DNA from: Monocercomonoides exilis PA203
Taxonomy: Eukaryota; Protista; Preaxostyla
Assembly: GCA_001643675.2 (NCBI GenBank)
Contig: LSRY02000025.1
Coordinates: forward strand, 124,001-188,000
Length of the DNA stretch: 64,000 nt
Direction of reading: 5' to 3'
The notes under the pieces were generated by a model. It saw nothing but the letters and a program-made list of their open reading frames with translations, was not told where the DNA came from and made no database searches. Both the position numbers and the translations under genes were made by a program. Shown in pieces: positions 22,001 through 30,187 of this stretch. The stretch's first letter is position 1. Each line of letters opens with the position of its first letter.

Positions 22001-24661
22001 CCCTGATGAAGCTTGAATAACACCTCCTTCTTGTGCTGAAGAAAAAGACATGCTTTGAATGCTCGTCTGCTGCAGAGAAAATATCCCTCCTGTCAAAACA
22101 GCAAGATTGACAACACAGCTCTTCTTTGTTTGAGCATTTGCCTCACCAAAATCGCAGCTGGAAACAGTTATCTGCCCTGCTGATTGAGTAAACAATGCTT
22201 TCACAGCAGATGGAGCGCCTTCACTTGGAAGATTAAAAATCAGGTTGTTATATGCGACAGAATCAGAAGCAGATGCCGTGTTGCATGTGAATTCAGAGTC
22301 AATAGCGACTTCAACAGAAGATTTTGAAGAAGAAGAAGAAGATTGAAAAGAAAATGATTTTTCGCTCAAATCAACAACTGCATTCACAGAAAGTTTAGAA
22401 ACAATTTTGATAATATTAACATTTTCGCTGAGGCGATTCATTGCCTTCAGAAGAGTTGAGCAAGGCCATTGAGAATAACCACACGCATCGTCTTCATTTT
22501 CATTGACACCTTCTGAAGAGTCAACATACACAGAATTGTCAGTAAGTGAAAAGAAAAACGGATACAGAGAGAATTCATCGCTTGTTCCAGAAGGAGGAGG
22601 AGGAGAAGTTACACTGCCATACAATGCATTCAGTGACATTTCAGATTTTGTTGTCTGACTCCAATCCCAATCAGCTACACAAGTCTTCAAATTTTCATAT
22701 AGAATATACACATCTGTCCCCTTTGCTGCTTTGTTATCTGAGAAAATCAGTTGAGTCAATTTGATAGCATTTGTACCGATTTCTGATGAACCTGTAAGTG
22801 ACAGATAGACAGCACCTCCTCTGCCATTCGCTTCTGATGCTTTGCAAGAAGAGAAAGTGGAGTTGTGAATCATCAAAAAGGGAGAAGAAGAAGATGATGA
22901 TGATGAAGATGGAATTGTGATAGAAAGTGCTCCTCCACTCAAAGAAGAGGAAGAAGAAATGGATGAAAATGTGCAACCTTCGATGGAAACAGAGTTAGCT
23001 GCACTGATTGCAATAAAAGGAGAATTCGATGCGTCATTTGAAACTTCTGTGCCTGCATTCAAAGACGAAGAAGATGATGGTGAAGTCATTGAATTTTTCA
23101 TTGCACCGCTTCCTGTTTGAATTGACACATCTTCAAACTTGCAATTTTTCATTGAAAAAATATGCGTTCCACTTTCACAGCAAATGAAAGACGATTTTTG
23201 GAGAATTTTCTCTGCAAAATTGAACTCAACGTTTGTCAGTGCAAGTTGTCCTGTTGTTGCTTTGACGAAAGCATTTGAGCTCCACTCTAATCCTGTAACA
23301 GAAACTGTGTTTAATGAAAGCTTTCCTCCATTTCCACCTTCGCCTTTGTCGAGAAGAGAAAACATGGCGTCGGAAAAAGTCGTCGAAGAAGCTGCAGTTT
23401 CAAAGTCGAAATTGCATGATTCAAATGAAAGTGATCCCAATGAAATCGAAGCAAAAGAAGATATTTGAGTTACGCTGGCTTCCCATTTAAATATTAAGTT
23501 TGAGAATACCAGCAACTTATTTGCATCTGCAGCATCATCGTTTGCAAGCGAGCCTGTTCCAGATATCTTCACACACACTGAAGAATTCGTTTCGGACGGG
23601 CAAATCTCTGCTTTTCTCCCGCAGATCTTCCATTCTTCAGTCAATTCAACTGAATGAATCACAAACACAATGTCATCCTCGCTCAAAGCAGAAACCGCAC
23701 CATTTAAAGTTTTCTTTGGGCTTTCCGCTGAGCCATCATATGCATCGTTTCCTGAAGCATTAACATAAATAGCAACGATGCATTCTTTTGATGAAGGGAT
23801 CTCAGAAACAGAGAATGAATTGTCAACAATAGTGCCGTTTTCGTCAGTAAATAAAATGCTTTTTGGTTCGTCTGTAACTCCTTTCAAGGAAGCAAAATTA
23901 TCGGGAGTGATAGGATATTTTTCTCTGTTCCAGTTTGTTACACATAAGCAGTGCCCTCCTTTATCAGAATTTGTTGAGCAGCTGTCAAATGTCAAGCATT
24001 TTAATATAAATTGGTTTTCGAATTCATTGTTTGCCTTAAAGAAAATTGCTCCTCCTTCTTTGTTGGAAGTGCATTCGGAGAACCGACACCCTGTAATTGT
24101 TAATTTTCCTTTTCCAATGCTTCCAGAAATCGCACCACCACTTCCTGTTGTTGATTTGCAATTGGTAAAATTGCACTTTGTAATATCAAGTGTAGAGCCA
24201 GCGAGTCCAATGTCAAAGTTTATTACAGAACCATCTGACTGCCTTGATGTTTCAGAAAATTGTGTGTTTTCAATTATAACTTCGCGAGTTCCTTTCAGTT
24301 CAATTACAGGCTTATCAGAATTCATAGTGATCGTATTAAATTTACAATCTTTTATTGTAATTTTTCCATTTTGTCCAAAAATAAATTTACCGTTGTGATT
24401 TATATTTGTCCATGAACAATTTTTAATCGTAAATGAATGTTGTTGATCCATAACTTCAACCAATACCCTTTTTCCACCAATATTTTCATAGTTTTTATTC
24501 TCAGCGCTCACTGTATTGCCAGTATCAGGTATAACTGGCCAATCAGTCCAATATTCGTTGTTTGCTCTTTTATGCCTCAAAAAATTCTGTAAACTAGCAT
24601 CGTTTAATTGTTCGGAGATAATTGTAATTGCAAAAACGAAAAAAAAGCAAATTATTCTCAT
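16094..24661 (-). CDS. Giant type I membrane protein: signal peptide, tandem Pmp/pectin-lyase-like beta-helix modules, TM helix, degenerate TKL-type pseudokinase
   Basis: 2855-aa intronless ORF with a hydrophobic N-terminus and GGA(I/L/V) and F..C/F..N repeats. Five YV...G.D...(C)G...P(C).T module caps. TM WMIACIVCAAFLVLFVIMTIILIVFL at ~17055-17131. Kinase C-lobe motifs RWKAPEM, VFTLGLTLYEMIAG and WADEPNDRP. Confidence 0.9.
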   Translation of the reverse strand: MRIICFFFVFAITIISEQLNDASLQNFLRHKRANNEYWTDWPVIPDTGNTVSAENKNYENIGGKRVLVEVMDQQHSFTIKNCSWTNINHNGKFIFGQNGKITIKDCKFNTITMNSDKPVIELKGTREVIIENTQFSETSRQSDGSVINFDIGLAGSTLDITKCNFTNCKSTTGSGGAISGSIGKGKLTITGCRFSECTSNKEGGAIFFKANNEFENQFILKCLTFDSCSTNSDKGGHCLCVTNWNREKYPITPDNFASLKGVTDEPKSILFTDENGTIVDNSFSVSEIPSSKECIVAIYVNASGNDAYDGSAESPKKTLNGAVSALSEDDIVFVIHSVELTEEWKICGRKAEICPSETNSSVCVKISGTGSLANDDAADANKLLVFSNLIFKWEASVTQISSFASISLGSLSFESCNFDFETAASSTTFSDAMFSLLDKGEGGNGGKLSLNTVSVTGLEWSSNAFVKATTGQLALTNVEFNFAEKILQKSSFICCESGTHIFSMKNCKFEDVSIQTGSGAMKNSMTSPSSSSSLNAGTEVSNDASNSPFIAISAANSVSIEGCTFSSISSSSSLSGGALSITIPSSSSSSSSSPFLMIHNSTFSSCKASEANGRGGAVYLSLTGSSEIGTNAIKLTQLIFSDNKAAKGTDVYILYENLKTCVADWDWSQTTKSEMSLNALYGSVTSPPPPSGTSDEFSLYPFFFSLTDNSVYVDSSEGVNENEDDACGYSQWPCSTLLKAMNRLSENVNIIKIVSKLSVNAVVDLSEKSFSFQSSSSSSKSSVEVAIDSEFTCNTASASDSVAYNNLIFNLPSEGAPSAVKALFTQSAGQITVSSCDFGEANAQTKKSCVVNLAVLTGGIFSLQQTSIQSMSFSSAQEGGVIQASSGAVLKIDRSTFSSIVLGSDVLINSNECDSLSIEGSTFNDISSTSSTGTVGFVKMTQGNAFSVKSSSFAKCSGSSGTASASLYLQLDNSIDPSTSTDNQLHIEKLTFTKTAGQTGEKETFVFVDASNLKSVVSSSSFVFDSLPTDLNAMMGRERSTTNENLDIPLLVYLWSNFTSTGFVGNENGGDFSGCGFSEAPCETINHILNLRFNTFTADNSVVKVKTLSSIDKPLHLSSSNKKLSLESSKGESTVSITDTDASNSKQCFFSVAMDFSISKITLSIPENLNASRASLFDCSAQTLSFRNSHVVMAQSVTNINYDVIVVEGAGCLNVDNLSMDDVYPASEKHFIAYRTTDESSVSGVISFLTGSFTTNQGTSEIILIEGKTKCEIKNATLSHESNSECSVIKVTSSKSLTINNNTFKQCRAISANGGAILIEESKATDFTSEITVNNCVFEECETFVSNGKGGAIYARPVASTKLIISSCSFKSCKAPAYPPTMIGYGGGIYLDLAANSNNFVISSPTFGEGDKVNVASFGKDMFASSAALKDSITEQTLPFAKQISIENVDSMKGFDGSDKDNAIPLVYFFHSYGDVPYVGEDGVDVVVCGFTAYPCKTVQKALGKIESAEKKQVFVMEGAKIDGELAIEEIEHLIIGNGVSQQADPVPPKQKLIIANGGTSTKGLINVKVKCTFEYVSLNIPPSFEYHTSLIELSVPVSNLILNNDDFVFSSECNTLIINALQGSVSIINCELNGQNLKSSILAISSSAVSGTIDNFKVDGITLSDSPLIALSPAPSASASISSSNAQFSVENDRRTNNQCIVSVTNSNFTNIGLSQNAGGCVISPNPKSNFEAINCIINGTQFSTCSSSSDTGGAILFNHPAPDGSLRIEECSFTQCSTSSNNGRGGGLYLDCVPNKPPSSQTESPKLNFYMRAINFSMNNAKEGKDFFIFCNNINEQVTNALFSLDYSQSSFSDDQAFRGTDATKTDVNLLSLIRFYRSEQIFVTSSDSLDNNTCGSVKSPCQTVSEGVKHIDEGYARFLWILDEAEVGGEAVMDDLTVRSRLKENCRIILSKEYASTSADSSLIQTADDVVITLCDFAFGSAFQSKHVSVFNQINGTTSITQCSFTGEDETVAIHSALFSVQKGRLDILKTSISLLTVGGSLIRTGQEGNALLSNSTVSNINANNGILDGKQGNASLERVNITNCNSNTSVFAFSSQSCGSLLKVKISTIEIKDGAVILINADKNPDDISSHSSFSALQLPNEEAINHALTINTLTVEHVKRTTNGACVISASGESTLLSSSSSLSSPYSSLSASTPFTLQFTNCSFIDCYSPSTKGSIASFFSCPDIQLHDCLFDGSTVSAASAATISNKKNAKVNDDKHKRMTNAQLDDPEICTWQGSLLHLEQSNAVIEIATFANSAKGGLSITKSNATLSKSDFEGNKPNIPGFESVNRNIHCVGQESMLTVENVDGSGDESDAATSSLWILNEGCKLSGAAADRQSPFFIPSLKRATNRTVGDNREITVSGSLLIPCDLSFRIIYDHSSSSEIVNHEFSSFVSETEAIATVPEAEIAEKGDKSVMSVQLVFNEKNGGNPSYTTILMLQNLSKDDSSSLNDIISQSDAGGNSAWMIACIVCAAFLVLFVIMTIILIVFLRKFSTRSEEKILEMKEDIQNLEEKLSRTNKVKDSRFQNEEMPSTLLEGMTSQIPLLVEEELEELPPPPELEGFTGDESDSPEHLDQPFASTVESVKHSAVEQQIKMLSTKKPFRERQISDAQILHSIIHSVQGDLTLGTRSMDVVDEKETVLAVAKLFAHLLKTGDERVHVMAANLCPFTIFIKMREEGENEVLVMEEEIEDEMMKNAMKRWKAPEMSYGNANDTFDQEADGIEKSVVFTLGLTLYEMIAGEEPLSECNTEEAQEMIRDGVRPLTEGIEGEEMVELMEKMWADEPNDRPFLDEVITSLASLRQNREDDN

Positions 24662-24774
24662 TTTACAAAAGGGAAATGAGAATATCTTATTCTCAAAATA
24701 CTATCAAATTGAAATTATATTAGGGTATTGGATCATTTTATAAAATGTGGGTTGTATCAAAAAAAAAAGTATAT

Positions 24775-26244
24775 TTATGAATGAAAAGAGAATGAAAGAG
24801 ATTCATATGAAGTCCCTTCTTCGTATGAATTTTCCTCCTTTTCAGCAGTTTCATCGCTTTCTTGAAATCTTTTTGACAAAATCTGTGCAAGGAAAGCAAT
24901 TTCTTGTATTTTGTGAGAGGTCAAAACTTGAAGGATATCAACTGCATTCACAGCTTCAATAAGCACTAAAATAATGTTCTCTGGCCCATCATCTTCATCC
25001 TTAATGTTATCTTTGCCCAATTCATCCTCATCATCAGAAAATGGTGTTTTTACGGATTGCTCAGAAGAAGCAGAGCAAGTGTCTGTATCACTATCATTTT
25101 GGGGATTTTTGCCTTTTCTCAACTTATTTTTATATAAATAAAAAAAATAGAAAATTATAATGATTTTATGGGAAGATAATTAAAATCAAGAAATAAATAT
25201 TCAAATAATAATAATTATTATTATTGTAATAATAATAAATACTATACCTGATTAATTTCCTCATAATTCTTCATTTCATCTCCCTCTTCAACCCTTCCTC
25301 CTTTCCCTTCCTCCTCTTCCTTCTCTTTCCTTCTCTTCCTTCTCCCACAACATTCTCCTTCTCCATTCTCCTCTTCTCCATTCTCTTCTTCTTCATCTTC
25401 TTCCTCCTTTCCCCTTCTTCCCTTTCTCCTTCCCCTTTCTCTTCCTCTTCTTCTTCTCCTCCTCCTCCTCTCCTCATCCACCAAACCCACCATCACCACA
25501 AGGCACTCCAGCGCCGTCTTTAAATTCCCCATCTCAGTCGAATGCAGCGCATCACACACAAACTTCACCATGTTCATCGCCGCCAATCTCCGAACTGCGG
25601 AATAATTCTGCGCTGAGTTGCGGATTAACAGGAGGAGTTCTAATTGAAGAGTGAAGGGGGAAGAGGAGAAGAAGAGAGAGGAAGAAGAGGAAGAGGAAGA
25701 AGAGGAGGAAGAGGAAGAAGAAGAGGAGGAGGAGGAAGAAGAAGAGGGAGAGAGAAGAGGAGGAGGGGAAGGAGGGAGGGAAGAGAGGGAAGAAGAGGAA
25801 GATAATGATGATGAAGGTAAAGTGGAAGAGGAGGAGGAAGAAGATGAAGATGATGGAATAATAGAAGAAGCAGAAGAGGAAGAAGAAGAAGAATTAGATG
25901 AAGAAGAGGAAGACGAAGAGGAAGAGGAAGAAGAAGAAGAAGAACTAGAAGAAGAACTCGAATTCGAAGAAGACAAAATATTAGCCAGAGTCAAAAATAC
26001 ACCTTCATTGATGAGAAGGGGAAGAAAACGAGAAGAATTAGCAGCAGCAATGTTGGCTAAGATATGTGCAGATAAAATGACAGCGTCAGAGAAAGAGGAA
26101 GAGTGGAGGATGTGATGGAGGATGAGGAGGGTACCCGTGGAGAGAATGAACTGAGGAAGGAGAGGAGAGGAGGGAAGGAGAAAGAGAGAGAATGAGAATG
26201 AGAGAAAGAGAGAGAAAGAAAGGAGAGAGAGTGAGTGAGTGAGT

Positions 26245-26278
<34 letters not shown>

Positions 26279-29200
26279 GAAATAAATAGAAAGAAAGAAA
26301 TATGAATATGCAATCAGGAAATAAAAAAACAAATCTCCTCAGATTTTGGAAAAGTTTAAAAATATGAAAAAAAAACTCTTAATAAATCTAATGCAAAGAT
26401 GTTGATAATTCTTCTTTCTTTCGATTTTTTTTTCTTTTCTTTTCTTCTTTTGCTTCTTTTTCTCCTTCTTCATCACCTTCTTCCCTTTTTTTTTCTTTCT
26501 TTATCCTCTTCCCTCTCTTTCTTTCTTTCTTTCTTTCTCCTCCTTCCCCTTTTCTCTTCCTCTCTCTCTCTCTCACTCTCACTCTCTCTCCTCCTCTTCT
26601 CCTCTTCTCCCACACCTCCGTAGCTTCATCAGATGCATAGATGATGTGATCCACAATAGAAAGTGCATTGATAAGCACTTCGTGATGCTTAGACAGCATC
26701 AGCCGGTTAAGACGGGGAAATTTGCCGGACTGGAGAATTTTCTGTGGGAGAGAGAGAGAGAATGAGAGAGAGAGAGAGAGAATGAGAGAGAGAGAAAATA
26801 AATGTATAAATAAGGAAAAAAGGAAAAAAGGAAATAAGTGAATGAATAAATAAATAAATAAATAAATAAATAGATTTTACATAATTATTAACAAATAAAT
26901 TGAACAAAATCGAAAAAGAAATAGAAACGACAAAAAAATTTCAATATTTCTAACATTCAGACTAAAACCAAACTCACATCAACTTTTTTATCCAATTTCT
27001 CTCCATCTCACATTTTCATTATCTTCCTCTTCCTCTCTTCCTCTCTTCCTCTCTTCCTCTCTTCCTCTCTTCCTCTTCCTCTTCCTCTTCCTTCTTCTCT
27101 CTCTCTCTCTTTCTCTCTTTCTCTTTCTCTTTCTCTTTCTCTTTCTCTCCCCCACATACCAATCCAGCCATTCTGTTGTTCACCGTGATATAATTCATTG
27201 CAAACAATGCATATTTCAGTATTTCTTCGTCTTCTGCCTCCAAAAAGAAGGCTAATGCCTCCACAGCTTCTGTCAGAGCAATTTCTCCTTTCACTTGCGA
27301 GGAGAGGAGAGGGTCAGAGGAGGAAGAGGAAGAGGAAGAAGAGGAAGAGGAAGAGGAAGAGGAAGAGAAGAAGGAAGAAGAAGAAGAAGAAGAAGAAGAA
27401 GAAGAGGAAGATAAAATGGAGATAGAAATGGGGGAAGAGAGAAAGAGTGGTGAATCATTATCATCTAAATATGAAGGAAGAGGAGAAAAAGAAGAGGAGG
27501 AAGAGGAAGAAAGAGAAGAAGAGGAAGAAGAAGAAGATGATGATGATGATGATGAATCATCTAAAGAACCCATTCCAAGTGAAATAGCATTTGTATTTGA
27601 AGTGCTTGAAAGAAGAGAAGAGGAAGAGGAAGAGGAAGAAGAAAGAGAAGAAGAAGAAGAAGGAAATGAAGAATCGAAATGAGAAGGAAGAGGAAGAGGA
27701 GAAAGTGAATGTGAATGCGAATGTGAACGAAGAAGAGAATTCTGATGTGAAGAAGAATTTTCTTCAGTGAAATGGCTTGGAAGATGATGATGCTGATGAA
27801 AATGTTGATGAAATGGATGATGAAGAAGGTGATGATGATGATGATGATGGTTATGATGAAGATTTTGATGATAATTTCGATAGAAAGATATTTGTGAGTG
27901 CTTAAGAAAGTGAAATGGATGCAAAATATTGTCATTTTCGTGTTTATAGTTTTTTTCGGTTTTATTTGGAAGAATTTGAGAAGAAGAGGAAGAAGAAAGA
28001 GAAAGAGAATTTTCATTGGTTAAATTGGTGAATGGAAGAGAAAGTTGAGTAGAAGATGAATCTATGTGATTTGCATTGCTCATTTGATTGAGGTGATGAG
28101 AAGGGAGACGAGGAGGAAAGGAAGAAGAAGAAGAAGAGGAAGAAGAAATGGAAGAAGAAGAAAAAGAAGGTGAAGAAGAAGAGGATGAAGAAGAAGAAGA
28201 AGAATTGAATGAAGAATTCTTCGGAAGAGGAGGTGTAACAGCAATAGGCATCACATTCTGCTTCGAAAAGGAAGATGAATACGAATTTGGCTCATTTTCG
28301 TCTTTCGATTCATTTTTCTCTCTCTCACTTTCTCCTTCTTCTCCATCCATGCTCTTCTCTATATTTCTTTCTCTTCTTCCTTTCTTTTCCTTTCCTCTTC
28401 TTCTTCTGCTTCTTCTTTTCCCTCTTCCTTTTCCTCTTCCTCCTTTTTGTTCTGCTTCATCCTCCTCCATCTCTCCTTCCTCCTTCATTCTCCTTTCCTC
28501 CTCTTCCTCCTCCATTCCTCTTCCTTCTCCTTCTTCCTCTTCTTCTCCCTCTCCTTCTCCTTCCTCCTCCTCTTCTTCTTCTTCTTCCTCTCTCCCCCTC
28601 TCCCTCCTCACCACCTCTCTGTAGTGCCCTTCCACCTTCCTCCTCACCCTCCCTTCCTGGCAGCTCCCCACACACAAATACGCCACTGCCTTCAAACAGC
28701 TTCTTCTCACGCTGTCATTCAGTGTGCTGTTTAGCAGGCAGGCTACGAGAGAAGGACACACAGACGATCCGATGCAGAGCTGGCGCACGTTTGGGTTGTC
28801 GTAGAGGAGCGTGGAGAGGGTGAGGGCGACCTGGGGGGAGGGGGGTAAGGATGGATAGATAGATAGATGAATGCATGGATGGATGGGTGGGTGGGTGGAA
28901 GGAAGGAGAGGTGGAGGGAAGAGGGAAGAGGGAAGAGGAAAGAGGAAATGGAAGGGAATGTGAAAAGGATGGTGAAGAGGGAATAAAGAGGAAAAGGAAA
29001 TAGTGCGAGTTCAGAAGATGGAAGTTCCCAAATAGGAAATAAAAATTTTCATTAAAAAAGGATGTTGAAATTTTTATAGAAATTCTGAAATGTTCACACT
29101 GATTGAATGATGTCTTGATCATTCATCAAAATAAGACTCTCTGCATGCGTGAAAAAACCAGAGTATGCCACTTCTTCCTGACGATCTTTTTAATAACGAT

Positions 29201-29786
29201 AGTGAAAATAAAATAAAACAATTTATATTTTTAAAAATTGTGAATACCTAAAGAACTTAAGATGAAAAGAATATGTTGAATTGCAGTTGAAGACTTGACT
29301 TTACCCAGTAATTCAACAAGTGGATCAATGATGTTTGACTCAAAAAGCTTTGTCTTGATGGTGTCATTTAATTTATCTTTAAAAAATGTTTTGCATGAAG
29401 AAAAAGACAAAGATAAAATATATACATTTTGTTAAAAGAGTGACGAATTGCTGAAGAGATTGATAAACGATATTCATTGAATCCGTCTTAAGATTGTTGA
29501 TTGAAGATAGACCAACTTCGAGCTGAATATCACAAAAACAGATATTTTTGTGAAATTGAACAGATAATTATTTTTAAAGAAAACAAACATCACTTTTTTC
29601 TAAAGCAGTCAGAGTATCTCTGTTTCTTTGCCTTTTAACTTGTAATGATTCACTACGCGTCATAGACCTCAAACGAAATGCTTTTTCATGGCGACGCTTT
29701 TTTTGTCCATATAAATCCTTCTCGCTTGTATATTCACGGAATCTTGCACTTTCTCTATTTTGAAATAGTATCGAGTTCCGTTCCAT
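24775..29786 (-). CDS. Divergent importin-alpha-like ARM-repeat protein, multi-exon, with low-complexity insertions
   Basis: First exon has IBB-like RFREY...KKRRHEKAFRLRSMTRSESLQVKRQ. ARM-like blocks follow in importin-alpha order: LAFFLEAEDEEILKYALFAMNYI; RLMLSKHHEVLINALSIVDHII; SAHILANIAAAN; VKFVCDALHSTEMGNLKTALECL; AVDILQVLTSHKIQEIAFLAQIL. AT- and CT-rich introns lie between blocks; exact splice sites are not all resolved. Confidence 0.75.
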
Positions 29787-29860
29787 TCAAAACTAATCTA
29801 GCTTCTTCGATAATACGAAATATAAAAATTCTCAAATCATTTGATTGTGGTATTTAAGAT

Positions 29861-29898
29861 CATCCCATGATTAGTGCCATTTTGAACAAGTATAAATA
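29861..29898 (+). promoter_or_regulatory. Putative U5 snRNA promoter: USE/PSE-like ATCCCATG and TATA box
   Basis: TATAAATA at 29891-29898, ~28 bp before the inferred U5 start. CATCCCATGA at 29861 loosely resembles the plant USE core TCCCAC. Confidence 0.4.
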
Positions 29899-29918
29899 CC
29901 AAGATTCATTTGTGAAAA

Positions 29919-30030
29919 ATCACGCTGACTTCTAAATCGAACTTATCCTTCGCCTTTTACTAAAGATAACCGTGGAAGTCAGCTTAATTGTTATCTATAA
30001 TTTTTTGATGGTGACTGTCTTCAGTCACTT
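29919..30030 (+). ncRNA. U5: U5 spliceosomal snRNA
   Basis: Invariant loop 1 GCCTTTTAC (29952-29960) in stem TTATC..../..GATAA, followed by the CCG internal loop. Outer stem GCTGACTTC/GAAGTCAGC. Sm site AATTTTTTGA (29999-30008). 3' hairpin GTGACTG-TCTT-CAGTCAC. Confidence 0.95.
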
Positions 30031-30187
30031 TTAAACTTGACTATCTGTTTTGGAATTTGATGAATGAATTTTTAAAAATTAAAACTTAGATTTGCGAAAA
30101 TTAAGAAAATTATCTTAAAATTAGAGTAAAATTATTTAATTGGAATGAAAATTATCATTTTTTTCGTTATAGTGTTTAAAATTTGAA

